Assembly: GCA_965223545.1 (NCBI GenBank)
Contig: OZ245006.1
Location: 8,001,703-8,065,702 of the forward strand
DNA length: 64,000 nucleotides
Reading direction: 5' to 3'
Origin: Planctomycetota bacterium
GTDB taxonomy: Bacteria > Planctomycetota > UBA1135 > UBA2386
Part shown: one piece after another, positions 1-10,106 of the stretch
Numbering within the stretch: position 1 is the first letter of the stretch
How the letters are laid out: each line of letters begins with the position of its first letter
Position numbers and translations under genes: made by a program
Notes under the pieces: generated by a model
The model's database searches: none
The model's input: the letters and a program-made list of their open reading frames with translations, nothing else
What the model was told of the DNA's origin: nothing

Positions 1-78
1 GGTGATGAATGCCAGGATGCAGACGAAGCCGTCGCGGCCGAACGGAATCCAATCGGGCATCGTGGTGGCGCCGGTCAT
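1..78 (-). CDS. 5' fragment of the next gene of the EPS operon (membrane protein, truncated by window edge)
   Basis: ATG at 78 overlaps the upstream stop (ATGA); reads MTGATTMPDWIPFGRDGFVCILAFIT, hydrophobic. Confidence 0.55.
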   Translation of the reverse strand, partial: MTGATTMPDWIPFGRDGFVCILAFIT

Positions 79-2720
79 GGTCGTTCCGCGAAGAAGGTGC
101 AGTCGAGCACGATCGGCTCGTCGTGGCCGGGCAGGATGGCGAGCCGCTGGCCGTCGAGCGCGGGGAGCGCAAAGCGGTGGTGCGTCGCCAGGCCGGCATC
201 GCGCGGTGGAACGGGTTGTCCATCGAGCTGTGCCGTGAGCGTGCTGGGCGCGGCGCACCGCACCAGGAGCTCGCCGGGACCCTTCGTGCGCACGGCGCGC
301 TCCAACCGGTCACCCGGCCGCAGCGGCACGCCGGGATCCGGAGTGTGGCGTCGCAGCGGGTCGGCGGCGAACCAGTGCCAGCGCGCGGCCGTCACCGGCG
401 CGGCGTGCGTCATCGCGAGGACGCGGTCCTCGACGGTGAAGGCGCCGATCGGCAGCGGTGGGGCGTCGCGGGTAAAGGTCAGGGTGACGGCGTAGCGTCC
501 CGGGGGAAACGAGTGGTCGGCAACGAAGGTCCACGCGGCGCGCGGCTGGTCGAGGAACACGCGGCGGGCCCCCGCTGCGCCCGGACCGTCGAACCGCAAC
601 CACGCGTGCGGTGGCAGTGCCGGCGGCGCCGGTGGGGAGTAGCGCGCGCGATCGGTGGTGAGCGCCAGGTCCACCGCGATGCGCTGGCCGCGCGGATCCG
701 GCTTGGCCTGCATGTCGGCGGAGCGCAGCACGATACCATCGGTCAGCGTGACCTGACCTGCGGCGATCTCGTGTCCGTGCAGGGTGGCCAGCTCTTGCTC
801 GCGGCCGGCGAAGTCGCCGTGGCGGGTCAGCACCTCGATCCACTGCCGGCGCACCGGCGCGCTGTCGGGCACCGCCAGCCGGACCACCTCGTAAGCCGGG
901 ATGGAGCGGTAGAGCTCGTCGAGCACTTCGCCGGCGAGCTGTGGGTTGCGGCGCAACAGATCGTGACACCACTGCAAGCCGCGGCCGAGCTCACCCGCGG
1001 CGATGTGCGCGCGCGCAACGCCGAGCTGGTGGCTCGGCCGGTCGTGTGGGTTGGTCAGTTGCAGGCTGCGGCGAAACGCAGCGTCGGCGACGCCCGCGTC
1101 GGCGTGCAGCGCGGCGCGGCCGAGCAGTCGGTGCGCGGTCGGCGACAGCGGGTTGTGGCGCAGCGCCGCTTCGGCCGCGGCGCGGATCGGCGCGGGTACT
1201 CCCTCTTGCGCGGCGTGCTCGGCTGCCGCCAAGAAGCCCTCGCCTGCGCGCGGGTGGATGCGGTTGGCGAGCGCGTAGCGGCCGCCGTCGGTGAGCGCGG
1301 CGGCGCTGCCTTCGGCGATCGCGAACCACGCGCCAACGGCGGCGGCACAACCGGCGACCGCGGTGGTCATCGTGCCGAGGCGCTGTGACCACGCGCGTTC
1401 GCGTCGGATCGGCGCATCCCCGCGCAGCAGGCCCGCGGTCGTCCCGGCGAGAGCCGCGCACCACAGGGCGTTGGCGGGGATCTGCAGGTTGAAGTCGACC
1501 AGGCCGTGGGCCGCCATCGCCAACAGCCCCGCGGCCATCCCACAGACGAGATACGCAACCGCCGGATCCGCGACCCGGGGCAGGCGGCGCCAGAGGTGGA
1601 TCCAGAAGGTGAGCGCCGCGAGCAGGAGCAGCACCGCGCCGACCGCGCCGGTCTCGACCATGAACTCGAGCGGGTCGCTGTGCGCGTGTTCGATGCGGCC
1701 GCCGATCGCGGTGGCTTGTGTCAGCGGCGACACGTCGGCGTAGGTGCCGAGCCCGGTGCCGAACCACGGAAATGCCGCCAGCAGTGCTGCGCCGCTCAGC
1801 CAAATGTCGGGCCGCGTGCCGGCGTCCGCCCACTCGGCAGCGGTCCCGCCGAAGCGTTCGACCAGCGCGCGCGGAGCGCTGGCCGCAACCACGATGGCGA
1901 CAGCGCCGAGGGCAAGCCACCAACGGCGCGCCGGCCGGCTTCCGCGGTGGCGGGCGATCAGCACGGTGAACGCCACGGCGCCGACGCTGGTGGCGACCAC
2001 GCCACCGCGCGAGTGCGTCATCAACAGCGCAGCTGCGCAGAGGAAGAGGCCCGCGAGCAGCGCGAGCTGGAGCGGCAGGTGGTGGGGGTCGCCGCCGCGG
2101 TGCGCGGCTTGGCGCGCCGTGAACAGGCCGGCGCCGGTCAGCAGCGCGAGCTCGAGCAGGCCGGCGAAGTGGTTGCGGTTGAAGTAGGTGGCGGACACCA
2201 CGTCGCGCACCTGGCCCGCATCGACTGGCGGCACGGCGCCGCCGGTGACCAGGATGCCGTAGGCGGACAGCGCGGTGGCCAACACCACGAGCCCCGCGGC
2301 CAGGGCGCTCGCGCGGGCGACGCCGCGCCAGACGGCGCCGGCGAGACAGAACAGCAGCACTCCGGCGAGCACCTCGCGGCTGCGGCTGGCGGTGCGCGCG
2401 GGCACCGCCGAGATGGCGGCGTCGACCCGCTCCGGCAGCAGCGCCGCGCCGCTCGCGGTGACGACGGGCGGTGCCAGCACCACCTGCGCGAAGCCCCAGG
2501 CGGCAAACGCGAGCAGGGCCGTACCGCCCGGCGGCAGCCGCCAGCGCTCGAGCAGCCGGCGGTTGGTGAATGCCAAAGTGGCGGCGAAGCCGAGCAGGGC
2601 GGCGGTCAGCCAGGCGCGAGGAGTGGCCGGCACGCAGGCCAGCGGCAGCGGAGCCAACAGCAAGAGGGCGGTGAGCTCGATGGCCACCAACCGCGGCGTG
2701 GTGTTGGCCGGGGACTTCAC
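75..2720 (-). CDS. O-antigen ligase/Wzy_C-family membrane protein with C-terminal helical (TPR-like) and beta domains
   Basis: Multiple TM segments; motifs TYFNRNHFAG, THSRGG, PWFGTGLGTY, HAHSDPLEFMVETG, HGLVDFNLQIPAN. Confidence 0.85.
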   Translation of the reverse strand: MKSPANTTPRLVAIELTALLLLAPLPLACVPATPRAWLTAALLGFAATLAFTNRRLLERWRLPPGGTALLAFAAWGFAQVVLAPPVVTASGAALLPERVDAAISAVPARTASRSREVLAGVLLFCLAGAVWRGVARASALAAGLVVLATALSAYGILVTGGAVPPVDAGQVRDVVSATYFNRNHFAGLLELALLTGAGLFTARQAAHRGGDPHHLPLQLALLAGLFLCAAALLMTHSRGGVVATSVGAVAFTVLIARHRGSRPARRWWLALGAVAIVVAASAPRALVERFGGTAAEWADAGTRPDIWLSGAALLAAFPWFGTGLGTYADVSPLTQATAIGGRIEHAHSDPLEFMVETGAVGAVLLLLAALTFWIHLWRRLPRVADPAVAYLVCGMAAGLLAMAAHGLVDFNLQIPANALWCAALAGTTAGLLRGDAPIRRERAWSQRLGTMTTAVAGCAAAVGAWFAIAEGSAAALTDGGRYALANRIHPRAGEGFLAAAEHAAQEGVPAPIRAAAEAALRHNPLSPTAHRLLGRAALHADAGVADAAFRRSLQLTNPHDRPSHQLGVARAHIAAGELGRGLQWCHDLLRRNPQLAGEVLDELYRSIPAYEVVRLAVPDSAPVRRQWIEVLTRHGDFAGREQELATLHGHEIAAGQVTLTDGIVLRSADMQAKPDPRGQRIAVDLALTTDRARYSPPAPPALPPHAWLRFDGPGAAGARRVFLDQPRAAWTFVADHSFPPGRYAVTLTFTRDAPPLPIGAFTVEDRVLAMTHAAPVTAARWHWFAADPLRRHTPDPGVPLRPGDRLERAVRTKGPGELLVRCAAPSTLTAQLDGQPVPPRDAGLATHHRFALPALDGQRLAILPGHDEPIVLDCTFFAERP

Positions 2721-3610
2721 CGCCGGCCTCGCACCGCCCGCCGGCCCCGGGCCGGCCGGATCTCGTGGACCGGGGCGCCGCGGGCGATCGCCGCCGGGTT
2801 GTCGACGAAGAGCGCGCGTGCCGCGTCGTTCCCGACCAGGGCGCGCACGCAGCGCACGGCGGCCTGCATCGCCGGCGGGCGCTTGCCGGGCGAGTGTGCG
2901 TCACTGGCGACGACGTGGGCCCAGCCGCGCCGCAGCAGCCGTTCGGCGCAGCGGCCGATGGGCCCACCGAACGCGCCACTCAGGCTGCCAGCCGTCAGCT
3001 GCAAGAGCACGCCGCGCTCGACCCAAGCCTCGACTTGGTCGGGGTCGCGGCGGACGCCGAGGTTGCGCTCGGGGTGGGCGATGACCGGCGTGGTCCCGCG
3101 CGTCTGCAGCGCGAACATCAGCTGCGGCAGTCCCGCCGGGACCTGCTCGTGCGGCAGCTCGAGCAGCAGGTAGCGGCCCGCGCCGTCGAGCGAGACGTCC
3201 GGGGAGTCGCGCAGCAGCGTGGGCAACGCGGCGTCGTAGCGACACTCGGCGGCGAGCTCGACGCGCAGCGGAATGCCCTCGCGACCCAGCGCCGTCCGCA
3301 GCGTTTGCAGCGCGCGCCGCGCGGTGGCGCGTTGGACGTCGTAGACGCCGTCCAACGTGTGCGGCGTGGTGATCGCCACCGCCACGCCCTCCTCGCAGGC
3401 TCGGCGGCACAGCTCGAGGGCGGTGTCGAGATCGCGGGCGCCATCGTCGACGCCGGGCAGCAGGTGGCAGTGCAGATCGGTGATGCCGGTGAGCGGGGGT
3501 TGGACGGCTGCTGCCGTGCCTGTGCCCGGGCGCGGCCACAGCTTGCTGCGCGTGGCACGGACCAGGCCGGCGAAGCTGCGCCGGCCGCCGCGATGCTGGC
3601 CCGCGGTCAT
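2717..3610 (-). CDS. PHP-family protein tyrosine phosphatase (CpsB/CapC/YwqE type)
   Basis: DLHCHLLPGVDDGA, TPH, IAHPERN, ASDAH motifs; start taken at the ATG overlapping the wzc stop. Confidence 0.9.
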   Translation of the reverse strand: MTAGQHRGGRRSFAGLVRATRSKLWPRPGTGTAAAVQPPLTGITDLHCHLLPGVDDGARDLDTALELCRRACEEGVAVAITTPHTLDGVYDVQRATARRALQTLRTALGREGIPLRVELAAECRYDAALPTLLRDSPDVSLDGAGRYLLLELPHEQVPAGLPQLMFALQTRGTTPVIAHPERNLGVRRDPDQVEAWVERGVLLQLTAGSLSGAFGGPIGRCAERLLRRGWAHVVASDAHSPGKRPPAMQAAVRCVRALVGNDAARALFVDNPAAIARGAPVHEIRPARGRRAVRGRR

Positions 3611-5748
3611 CCCTGCCCCCCGGTGGACCCCTCCGCGTCCTCGGCGGAGTAGTCGTAGGCCAGGTAGCTGTACTCGTAGCTCGTGTCGTAGCGGCCGGCG
3701 CGCACGTCGCAGTGGTTGACGATGCACCCCGCCAGCTTGGCGCCGACGCGGTGCAGCTGGGCGACCGAGCGCCGGCAGTGGCCGCGGTGGGCCTTGAAGC
3801 TGCGCACGACGAAGACGGTGCGATCGGCCAGCGTCGCCAGCACGCAGGCATCGCTGACGACGCCCACCGGGGGCGAGTCGATCAGCACGACGTCGAATGC
3901 GCGCAGCGCGTTGGCGAGGAACTGCCGCGTGTGCTCGCCCGCGAGGAGCTCGACTGGATTGGGCGGAATGATGCCGCAGGGCAACAGCGACAGCCCGTCG
4001 ACGCCGGTCTCGACGGTGACGTCTTCCAGGGCGGCCGCGCCGACCAGAACGCTCGACAAGCCGAGCTCGACGTCGATCTCGAACGCCCGGTGCAGACGCG
4101 GGCGGCGCAGGTCGGCGTCGACCAGCAGCACGCGTTTGCCGCCGCGCGCCAAGCTGACGGCGAGGTTGATCGACACCAGGCTCTTGCCCTCCTCGGGCGT
4201 CGCGCTGGTGATGACCAGCGAGCGCATGTCGCGGCCGGCCTCCGAGAACGTGAAGTTGGTGCGGATCGTGCGAAACGCCTCCGACAGCGCCGAGCGGGGG
4301 TCGAAGGTCTCCGGATCGACCGCGCCGCGCGCCGCCCGCTTGCCCTCGAGCCGCGGCACCATGCCCAGCACCGGCAAGGCGAGCAGCTCGCCGGCGTCGG
4401 CCGGCGTCTTGATCGAGGAGTCGAGCGCGTCGACGGCGAACGCGAGGCCGCAGGCGCACAGCAAGCCCAACAACAAGGCGAGCCCCAGGTTGACCAGGAT
4501 GCGCGGCCGCACCGGGCGCTGGCTGACCTCGGCGGCGCCGAGGGCGTGCACGTTGCTGGCCTGGTGGTCGTTGATGACCTCGACCTCCTTGAGCCGGGCG
4601 AGCACGGCGTCGTGCATGCGCCGCACGTTGTCCGCCTCGTTCTTGAGGATGTCGAACTCGATCGACTTCTGCTCCAGCTCCAGCAGCTGGTCGGCTTGCT
4701 CGGTGAGGCGTTGGCGCACGTCGGCCTCGTGCCGCGTCAGCCGTTGGTGTTGTTCGACGATGCCGCGGTGGATCGCATCGACCTCGTGCCGCAGCTGCGC
4801 TTCGATGGCCTCGATGCGCCGGGTGTTCTCGAGCATCCGCGGATGCTTGCCCAGGTAGCGCTGGGACAGCGCCGAGCGCTCGCCCTGCGCCGCGAGCAGC
4901 TCGCGCTTGTGATCGGCGACGACGCGACTCTCGAGCACTTCGGGGAGCTCGCCGCCGAAACTGGCGTCGGTCGCGGCGCCGTCGGCCGCCTGCAGCCGCG
5001 ACTCGGCTTCGCGGTTCTGGCGCTCGATGTCGGCGAGCTCGTCCGACAGCTTCTCGAGGCGCGCGGCGACCAGACTCTGCTGGTCGCTCATCGACACGAT
5101 CTTGTGGCGTTGCTTGAAGTCCTGGGTCGCCTGGCTGGCGCGCACCAGCTTGGCCTGCAGGTTGGCTGCCTCGGCGCGCAGCCGCTCGAGCGCGGTGCTC
5201 GACGCGGTGGTGCGCCGCTCTTGCACGTTGGCGACGTACGCGGCGACCAGCGCCCCGGCGATGCGGGTGGCGACGTGGCCGTCGGGATGCTCGGCCTCGA
5301 TGTCGACCAGGCGGCTCTTGGCCACCGGTTTGATGCGGCGCAGCTGCATCAAGCGTTCGACGGGGTCTTCGGCCCGGGCGAAGAACTCGCGCTCGGACGC
5401 GGTCAGCTGCTCGAGCGCCGCCGCCGCGACGGCGCGGCTCTCCAGAATGCGATACTGCGTGACGTAGTAGTCATCGGCGCCGGTACCGAGGCTGTAGATC
5501 TCCTGGAACGTGAGCGTGCGCTCGCCCTCGCGTTCGATCAGCAGGCGCACCTTGGCGCGGTAGTACGGCGTCGCGGTGAAGCTGTACAGCGCGGTAGCGC
5601 CGACCAGGATCGCGGTGGTGACCGCGATCAGCCAGCGCTGTGTCGACAGCGTTCGCCACACGGAGCGCAGGTCGAAGCCGGCGAGGGAGTGCTCCGCCGC
5701 CGGGGCGTCCGGCGTCGCAGCGGCCGATGGGCTTGGCGTGGCGAGCAC
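3607..5748 (-). CDS. wzc: Polysaccharide co-polymerase/tyrosine autokinase (Wzc/GumC)
   Basis: Two TMs flanking coiled coil, SEAFRTIRTN, Walker A TPEEGKS, DADLRRP, DSPP, Tyr-rich tail YDTSYEYSYLAYDY. Confidence 0.92.
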   Translation of the reverse strand: MLATPSPSAAATPDAPAAEHSLAGFDLRSVWRTLSTQRWLIAVTTAILVGATALYSFTATPYYRAKVRLLIEREGERTLTFQEIYSLGTGADDYYVTQYRILESRAVAAAALEQLTASEREFFARAEDPVERLMQLRRIKPVAKSRLVDIEAEHPDGHVATRIAGALVAAYVANVQERRTTASSTALERLRAEAANLQAKLVRASQATQDFKQRHKIVSMSDQQSLVAARLEKLSDELADIERQNREAESRLQAADGAATDASFGGELPEVLESRVVADHKRELLAAQGERSALSQRYLGKHPRMLENTRRIEAIEAQLRHEVDAIHRGIVEQHQRLTRHEADVRQRLTEQADQLLELEQKSIEFDILKNEADNVRRMHDAVLARLKEVEVINDHQASNVHALGAAEVSQRPVRPRILVNLGLALLLGLLCACGLAFAVDALDSSIKTPADAGELLALPVLGMVPRLEGKRAARGAVDPETFDPRSALSEAFRTIRTNFTFSEAGRDMRSLVITSATPEEGKSLVSINLAVSLARGGKRVLLVDADLRRPRLHRAFEIDVELGLSSVLVGAAALEDVTVETGVDGLSLLPCGIIPPNPVELLAGEHTRQFLANALRAFDVVLIDSPPVGVVSDACVLATLADRTVFVVRSFKAHRGHCRRSVAQLHRVGAKLAGCIVNHCDVRAGRYDTSYEYSYLAYDYSAEDAEGSTGGQG

Positions 5749-5761
5749 TTGGAGCCTCGGG

Positions 5762-6823
5762 TCAGCGGAGGTTGTAGCCGACGTGGAACAGGCCGCGGAA
5801 CAGGTCGGCGATGCCGCGCGCGAAGCGCGAGCCGCTGCTCTCGTTGACCTGGACGACGTCGTCCGGTTGCAGACGGATGTCTTGATCGGAGCCGGCCTCG
5901 ACTTCGGTCAGGTCGATCGGGATCGTGACGCGGCCGGCGTCGGTCTTGCGGATGAGAACCGTCGCGGCCGGCGTGGCTTCGTCCTTGAGTCCGCCCGCCA
6001 TGGCGATGGCGCGCAGCACCGTGATCTCGCCGCGCAGCGGGAACCGCCCGCCGCGATGCACCATGCCGGAGACGAAGAAGTGCGGGACGGGTGGCACGTG
6101 GACGACGTCGCCGTCCTCGAGGACGCAGTTGGCGGACAGATCTCCCCGCTCGATGAGGTCGATCAGGTCGATGCGCAGCATGCGCGGCATCGGCGCGGCG
6201 GTCGGTCCCACCGCGGCGTCACCGGACGCGCTGGCCTCTGCCGCGGCGCCGAGGCCGACTCCACTGCGCAGCACGAACACCTCGGATCCCGCCTTCTCGG
6301 TGACGCCGCCAGCGACCGCCAGCGCGCCGACCAGAGTGGTCGAGTTCTCGCGCAGGTTGAACGTTCCCGGTGCCTGAACCGCGCCGAGGACGGTGACGCT
6401 GCGCGCTTGGAACTCTTCGACCAAGACGCTGACCGAGGGATCGACGAGGTAGTCGGCCGCGAGCTTGCCCTCGATCGAGCGCTGCAGGCCCTCGGCGGTC
6501 AGGCCGGCGGCCCGCACACTGCCGATGAGGGGCATGGTGATGTCGCCGGTCTGCGAGACACGGCTGTGGATCACCTTGGTCTGATCCGGCTCCTCCAGCT
6601 CGTAGACCTCGATCTCGAGCAGGTCGCGCGGACCGATGCGGTACTCGGTCTTGACGGGTGGCAACCAGCTGCTCGCCGGGTCGGCGGCGGCGCTGCCTTC
6701 GCCGGCGTCGGACTGTGCGAGGATTGCCTCGTCGTTGACCGAGTCCACCGAGGTGCAGGCGGCCGCGGCAAGGCAGACGGTGATGAGCAGCAGGCCAGGC
6801 TTGCGCTTTGGGTCGGGGAGCAC
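5762..6823 (-). CDS. wza: Polysaccharide export lipoprotein (Wza, SLBB domains)
   Basis: Lipobox-like LAAAAC, YRIGPRDLLEIEV, GDITMPLIG, SLBB repeats; GTG start at 6823 after GAAAGGG. Confidence 0.88.
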   Translation of the reverse strand: MLPDPKRKPGLLLITVCLAAAACTSVDSVNDEAILAQSDAGEGSAAADPASSWLPPVKTEYRIGPRDLLEIEVYELEEPDQTKVIHSRVSQTGDITMPLIGSVRAAGLTAEGLQRSIEGKLAADYLVDPSVSVLVEEFQARSVTVLGAVQAPGTFNLRENSTTLVGALAVAGGVTEKAGSEVFVLRSGVGLGAAAEASASGDAAVGPTAAPMPRMLRIDLIDLIERGDLSANCVLEDGDVVHVPPVPHFFVSGMVHRGGRFPLRGEITVLRAIAMAGGLKDEATPAATVLIRKTDAGRVTIPIDLTEVEAGSDQDIRLQPDDVVQVNESSGSRFARGIADLFRGLFHVGYNLR

Positions 6824-6890
6824 GAGAGCCCTTTCGGGTCCCAAGGGGGGGTGGGGGGGGAGTGGTTGCGCCGCGAGCGGCGCGGGGCCG

Positions 6891-7565
6891 TCAGCGGCGT
6901 CGCAACGGCGACGCGGGGCTGACGACGTTCTCGTCGCCGTCGTCGGCGGCATCGATCGCGATCGGCACCGCGATCGCGGCGGCGCCGACGCCGATGATGG
7001 TCCAGCCGACGACGCCGAGGCCACCCGCGGCAGCGCTACCTCCGGCGCCCGCGGCTGCGGCACTGCCGGCGGCTCCGGCTCCGGCGCCCTGGGCACCGGC
7101 GGTTCCCGCCGCCGCGGTCTTCGCACCTGCACCTGCACCGGCACCGGCACCCGCGCCTGCACCCGCGCCGGCGGCGCCGCCCGGCGCTGCCGGGGCGGCG
7201 GCGAGCGCCTGCTTGGGCACGACGATGTCGAGGGACTTGATGGTCGCGTTGGGCCCGGCGTTGAGTTGCAGCTGCATGCCGTCCGCAACCTCGAGCACGT
7301 AGGACTGGCCGTCCTGCAGGGCCGGGGTCGTGTAGGTGCCGTCGGGGTTGGTGACCACCTTGCCGACCTCCTGGCCGTCGACGGTGCGCAGAGTCATCGA
7401 GTGCCCGTCGGCGCCGTTGCGCGTGCCGCTCTCCAAGATCTTGCCCGAGAGCTCACCAGGGCTGACCTGCACCTGCTTGGCGACGCCGGGCGCTTGGCCC
7501 GTGCAGGGAGCGAGCAGCGCCGCGATGGCGAGGGCTGCGACCGAGACCGTCTTGTGGATCCGCAT
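6891..7565 (-). CDS. Exported protein with carboxypeptidase-regulatory-like beta domain, Gly/Ala linker and C-terminal TM anchor
   Basis: Signal peptide, VVTNPDGTY, (GA)n linker, hydrophobic C-terminus; GAGGAGG RBS upstream. Confidence 0.75.
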   Translation of the reverse strand: MRIHKTVSVAALAIAALLAPCTGQAPGVAKQVQVSPGELSGKILESGTRNGADGHSMTLRTVDGQEVGKVVTNPDGTYTTPALQDGQSYVLEVADGMQLQLNAGPNATIKSLDIVVPKQALAAAPAAPGGAAGAGAGAGAGAGAGAGAKTAAAGTAGAQGAGAGAAGSAAAAGAGGSAAAGGLGVVGWTIIGVGAAAIAVPIAIDAADDGDENVVSPASPLRRR

Positions 7566-7682
7566 AGCTGACTTGAGTCCTCCTCGTACTTCGAGCCAGC
7601 TATCGGCGACGGAGCCGCCGCGGGTGTAGGGCGATCGGCGGGAATCGCCGACTGCCCTCGGGGCGAAGGGCGGACCGCAGTC

Positions 7683-9365
7683 TCAGCCCTGGATCACACG
7701 TTCGCGCAAGTACGCCCAGTTGAGCGGCGTGAAGTGCGCTCGGCCGGATTGGAAGTGGCTCCAGATCAGCGCCAGGTTGTTCACGGCGGCCGGCGCCGGT
7801 GTCGAGTTGTTGCCCGACATGAAGTTGCCGCGACCGTCGTCGAAATGGCCACCGGTCGAGTGGCCCCAGCGCTCGGCGCCCAGCAAGCCCGCCCCGCCGA
7901 GGGAGCCGTTGGCCACCAGGCCCATCGAGTGGCTCGTCTCCTGAGTGAGCACGAACGCGACCGCCCGGCTCATGTGCAGGACTCCCGTGACGATCTGCTG
8001 GTGGCGTTGCCGCTCGGCGGCGGTCGCCTGGCCGGGATCGAACGACGGCGCGGTGACCACGGCGTCGAGGGGGTCGTTGCCCACCGGGTTGGCGATCAGT
8101 GGATCGAACACGCGCATGAACTCGGCCACGCCGTTGAACAGGTGGAAGATCGAGCGCGGGTGCACGCCGAGGTTGCCGCCGCAGTTGACGAAGTTCTTGC
8201 GCTGGTTGCGGGGGTTGAGGAACGCCGAGCCCGTCGTCTCTTGTGCACCGGGCGGCAGCTGCGACGCCGGCCAGCCGTTGCGGCCGCCGACACAGATGCG
8301 GGCGTGCGTGGTTGCCGGCCGGCTGTCGAAGAACGCGACGTCGACCGGATCGGTGCTGCCCGCGCCGTAGTAGGCGCGCAGGTAGGCGAGCGTGGCGTCT
8401 CGACACCAGGTGGCGACGGTCGCCGCAGGCCCGGTGACGGCGGTCGCGCTGTTGCCCAGGCCGAACAACAGCAAGTCCTCGCGGTAGTCGGCCACGCCGC
8501 TGCCGTCGAGATCGTGTGCGTCGAAGTCGACCCACCACAGCTGCCGGCTGGCGAACGGGCGGTTGGCCGAGGTCAGCGCCATCGCGCGCACCCGGTAGGT
8601 CTCGACAGGCGAGCGCGTGCCGGCGCGGTTGGCGACCGAGGCGGTCAGCGTCACCCTGCCGACCGGGAAGCTCCAGCTGGCGTCGACGACGGCCGTCGCC
8701 CCGGCGCCCGTCACCTGGAACCGACCGGCGAGCTCGGCGCCGGCGGCGATCTGACCGAGTCCCAGCGGCTGGTCGGCCGTGATGCTCAGCGAGGTCGGGT
8801 CGATGGGCATGCCACCGCGGTCGTCGAAGACGAGGTCGATCGAAAAGCCGGTGAGCGGGACGGCGAGCCGTCCCTCGAGCGGCTCGCTGCCGTTCTGGTC
8901 GCGCGGAATGCGGTTGACGGTGAGCAGCGGAACCAGGGGCTGGCCCCGCTCGCGCAGCAGGGTGACCGCCTTGCTGTCGGTCGCGGTCAGCCCCCCGATC
9001 GCCGACGAGTCCTGGCCGAAGCCCTGGAAGAACAGGCGGGAGCCGTCGAGGCCGGGGACGTTGGGGATCGGCAGTGCGTGCGCGCTCGCCCCCGCCGGCG
9101 GCAGAACGCCGCTGCCGGCGACGAACAGACTGCCGAGCCCCAGGTGCACGGTCAGGTTCTGGTACGGGTAGCGCGCGCGAGCGCCGGCGCCGAACACCAC
9201 GTACGGCACCCCCGGTCGGCCGCGCACCGCGAACTGCAGCGGGCCGCCCATGACCGTGCGGTGCGGCATCTCCAGCAGCAGGAAGTCCCAGCCCTCGTCC
9301 GGACGTGGGCCGAGGGCGGACGCGCCGGCGGTCAGCCAGCAGAGGGTGGCAGTGGAGAGCAGCAT
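7683..9365 (-). CDS. Secreted hypothetical protein with C-terminal zincin-like segment
   Basis: Long ORF with signal-like N-terminus (MLLSTATLCW); QETSHSMGL resembles HExxHxxGL. Confidence 0.7.
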   Translation of the reverse strand: MLLSTATLCWLTAGASALGPRPDEGWDFLLLEMPHRTVMGGPLQFAVRGRPGVPYVVFGAGARARYPYQNLTVHLGLGSLFVAGSGVLPPAGASAHALPIPNVPGLDGSRLFFQGFGQDSSAIGGLTATDSKAVTLLRERGQPLVPLLTVNRIPRDQNGSEPLEGRLAVPLTGFSIDLVFDDRGGMPIDPTSLSITADQPLGLGQIAAGAELAGRFQVTGAGATAVVDASWSFPVGRVTLTASVANRAGTRSPVETYRVRAMALTSANRPFASRQLWWVDFDAHDLDGSGVADYREDLLLFGLGNSATAVTGPAATVATWCRDATLAYLRAYYGAGSTDPVDVAFFDSRPATTHARICVGGRNGWPASQLPPGAQETTGSAFLNPRNQRKNFVNCGGNLGVHPRSIFHLFNGVAEFMRVFDPLIANPVGNDPLDAVVTAPSFDPGQATAAERQRHQQIVTGVLHMSRAVAFVLTQETSHSMGLVANGSLGGAGLLGAERWGHSTGGHFDDGRGNFMSGNNSTPAPAAVNNLALIWSHFQSGRAHFTPLNWAYLRERVIQG

Positions 9366-9476
9366 GGCGGGCACCACGTGATGATAATGGCCGACGCGCG
9401 CCGTGTGCGGGGCACTCGTCGGTCGAGGACCTCTCCTGGCTTTCGTGGCGCGGTGGTGGTTTCGGCAGGATCGAAC

Positions 9477-9863
9477 ATGAAGCGAGTGACAGGGATCGGC
9501 GGCATCTTCTTCAAGGCCAGGGACCCAGCCGCGCTCCAGGCTTGGTACAAGCGCCACCTCGGCATCGATGTCCAAGAGTGGGGAGGAACGGCCTTCTCCT
9601 GGGCAGGCCCGGACGGCAAGCCGGCGGGTGGGACGACGGTTTGGTCCATCGGTCCGCAAGAGGACGGGCGGTTCGCACCGGGCACCGCCCCCTTCATGAT
9701 CAACTATCGCGTGGAGGATCTGCACGCTCTGCGCGCGGCGCTCGTGGCCGAAGGCTGCAACGTCCTCGACCAAGTCGAGGACGGCGAGTTCGGCATCTTT
9801 GGATGGGTGGTCGACCCCGAGGGTAACAAGGTCGAGCTGTGGCAGCCGCCTACGGGGCAGTGA
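9477..9863 (+). CDS. VOC/glyoxalase family protein
   Basis: MKRVTGIGGIFFKARDP...MINYRVEDL...FGWVVDPEGNKVELWQP; AGGA RBS. Confidence 0.92.
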   Translation: MKRVTGIGGIFFKARDPAALQAWYKRHLGIDVQEWGGTAFSWAGPDGKPAGGTTVWSIGPQEDGRFAPGTAPFMINYRVEDLHALRAALVAEGCNVLDQVEDGEFGIFGWVVDPEGNKVELWQPPTGQ

Positions 9864-10106
9864 GCGTCCGGGGCCGACAATCTTCGTGTGGCGACAACAC
9901 TTCCGAAAGGCCGGTTGTCGTCAGGGCTTCGACACCGCAACTCCCGGCCGCTCGAAAGCAACACTGGCGTCTACGCTCAGCGCCGCCGCCCGGGACCGCT
10001 GGAATCGCGGGCTCCGCTCCTGTCGCGGCGCGCTCGGCCTTTGATATCTCCTAAGTCATGTCAAGGGGTTTTCGCTGGGGCTCGACATCGCGTGTGCACG
10101 GCTTGT

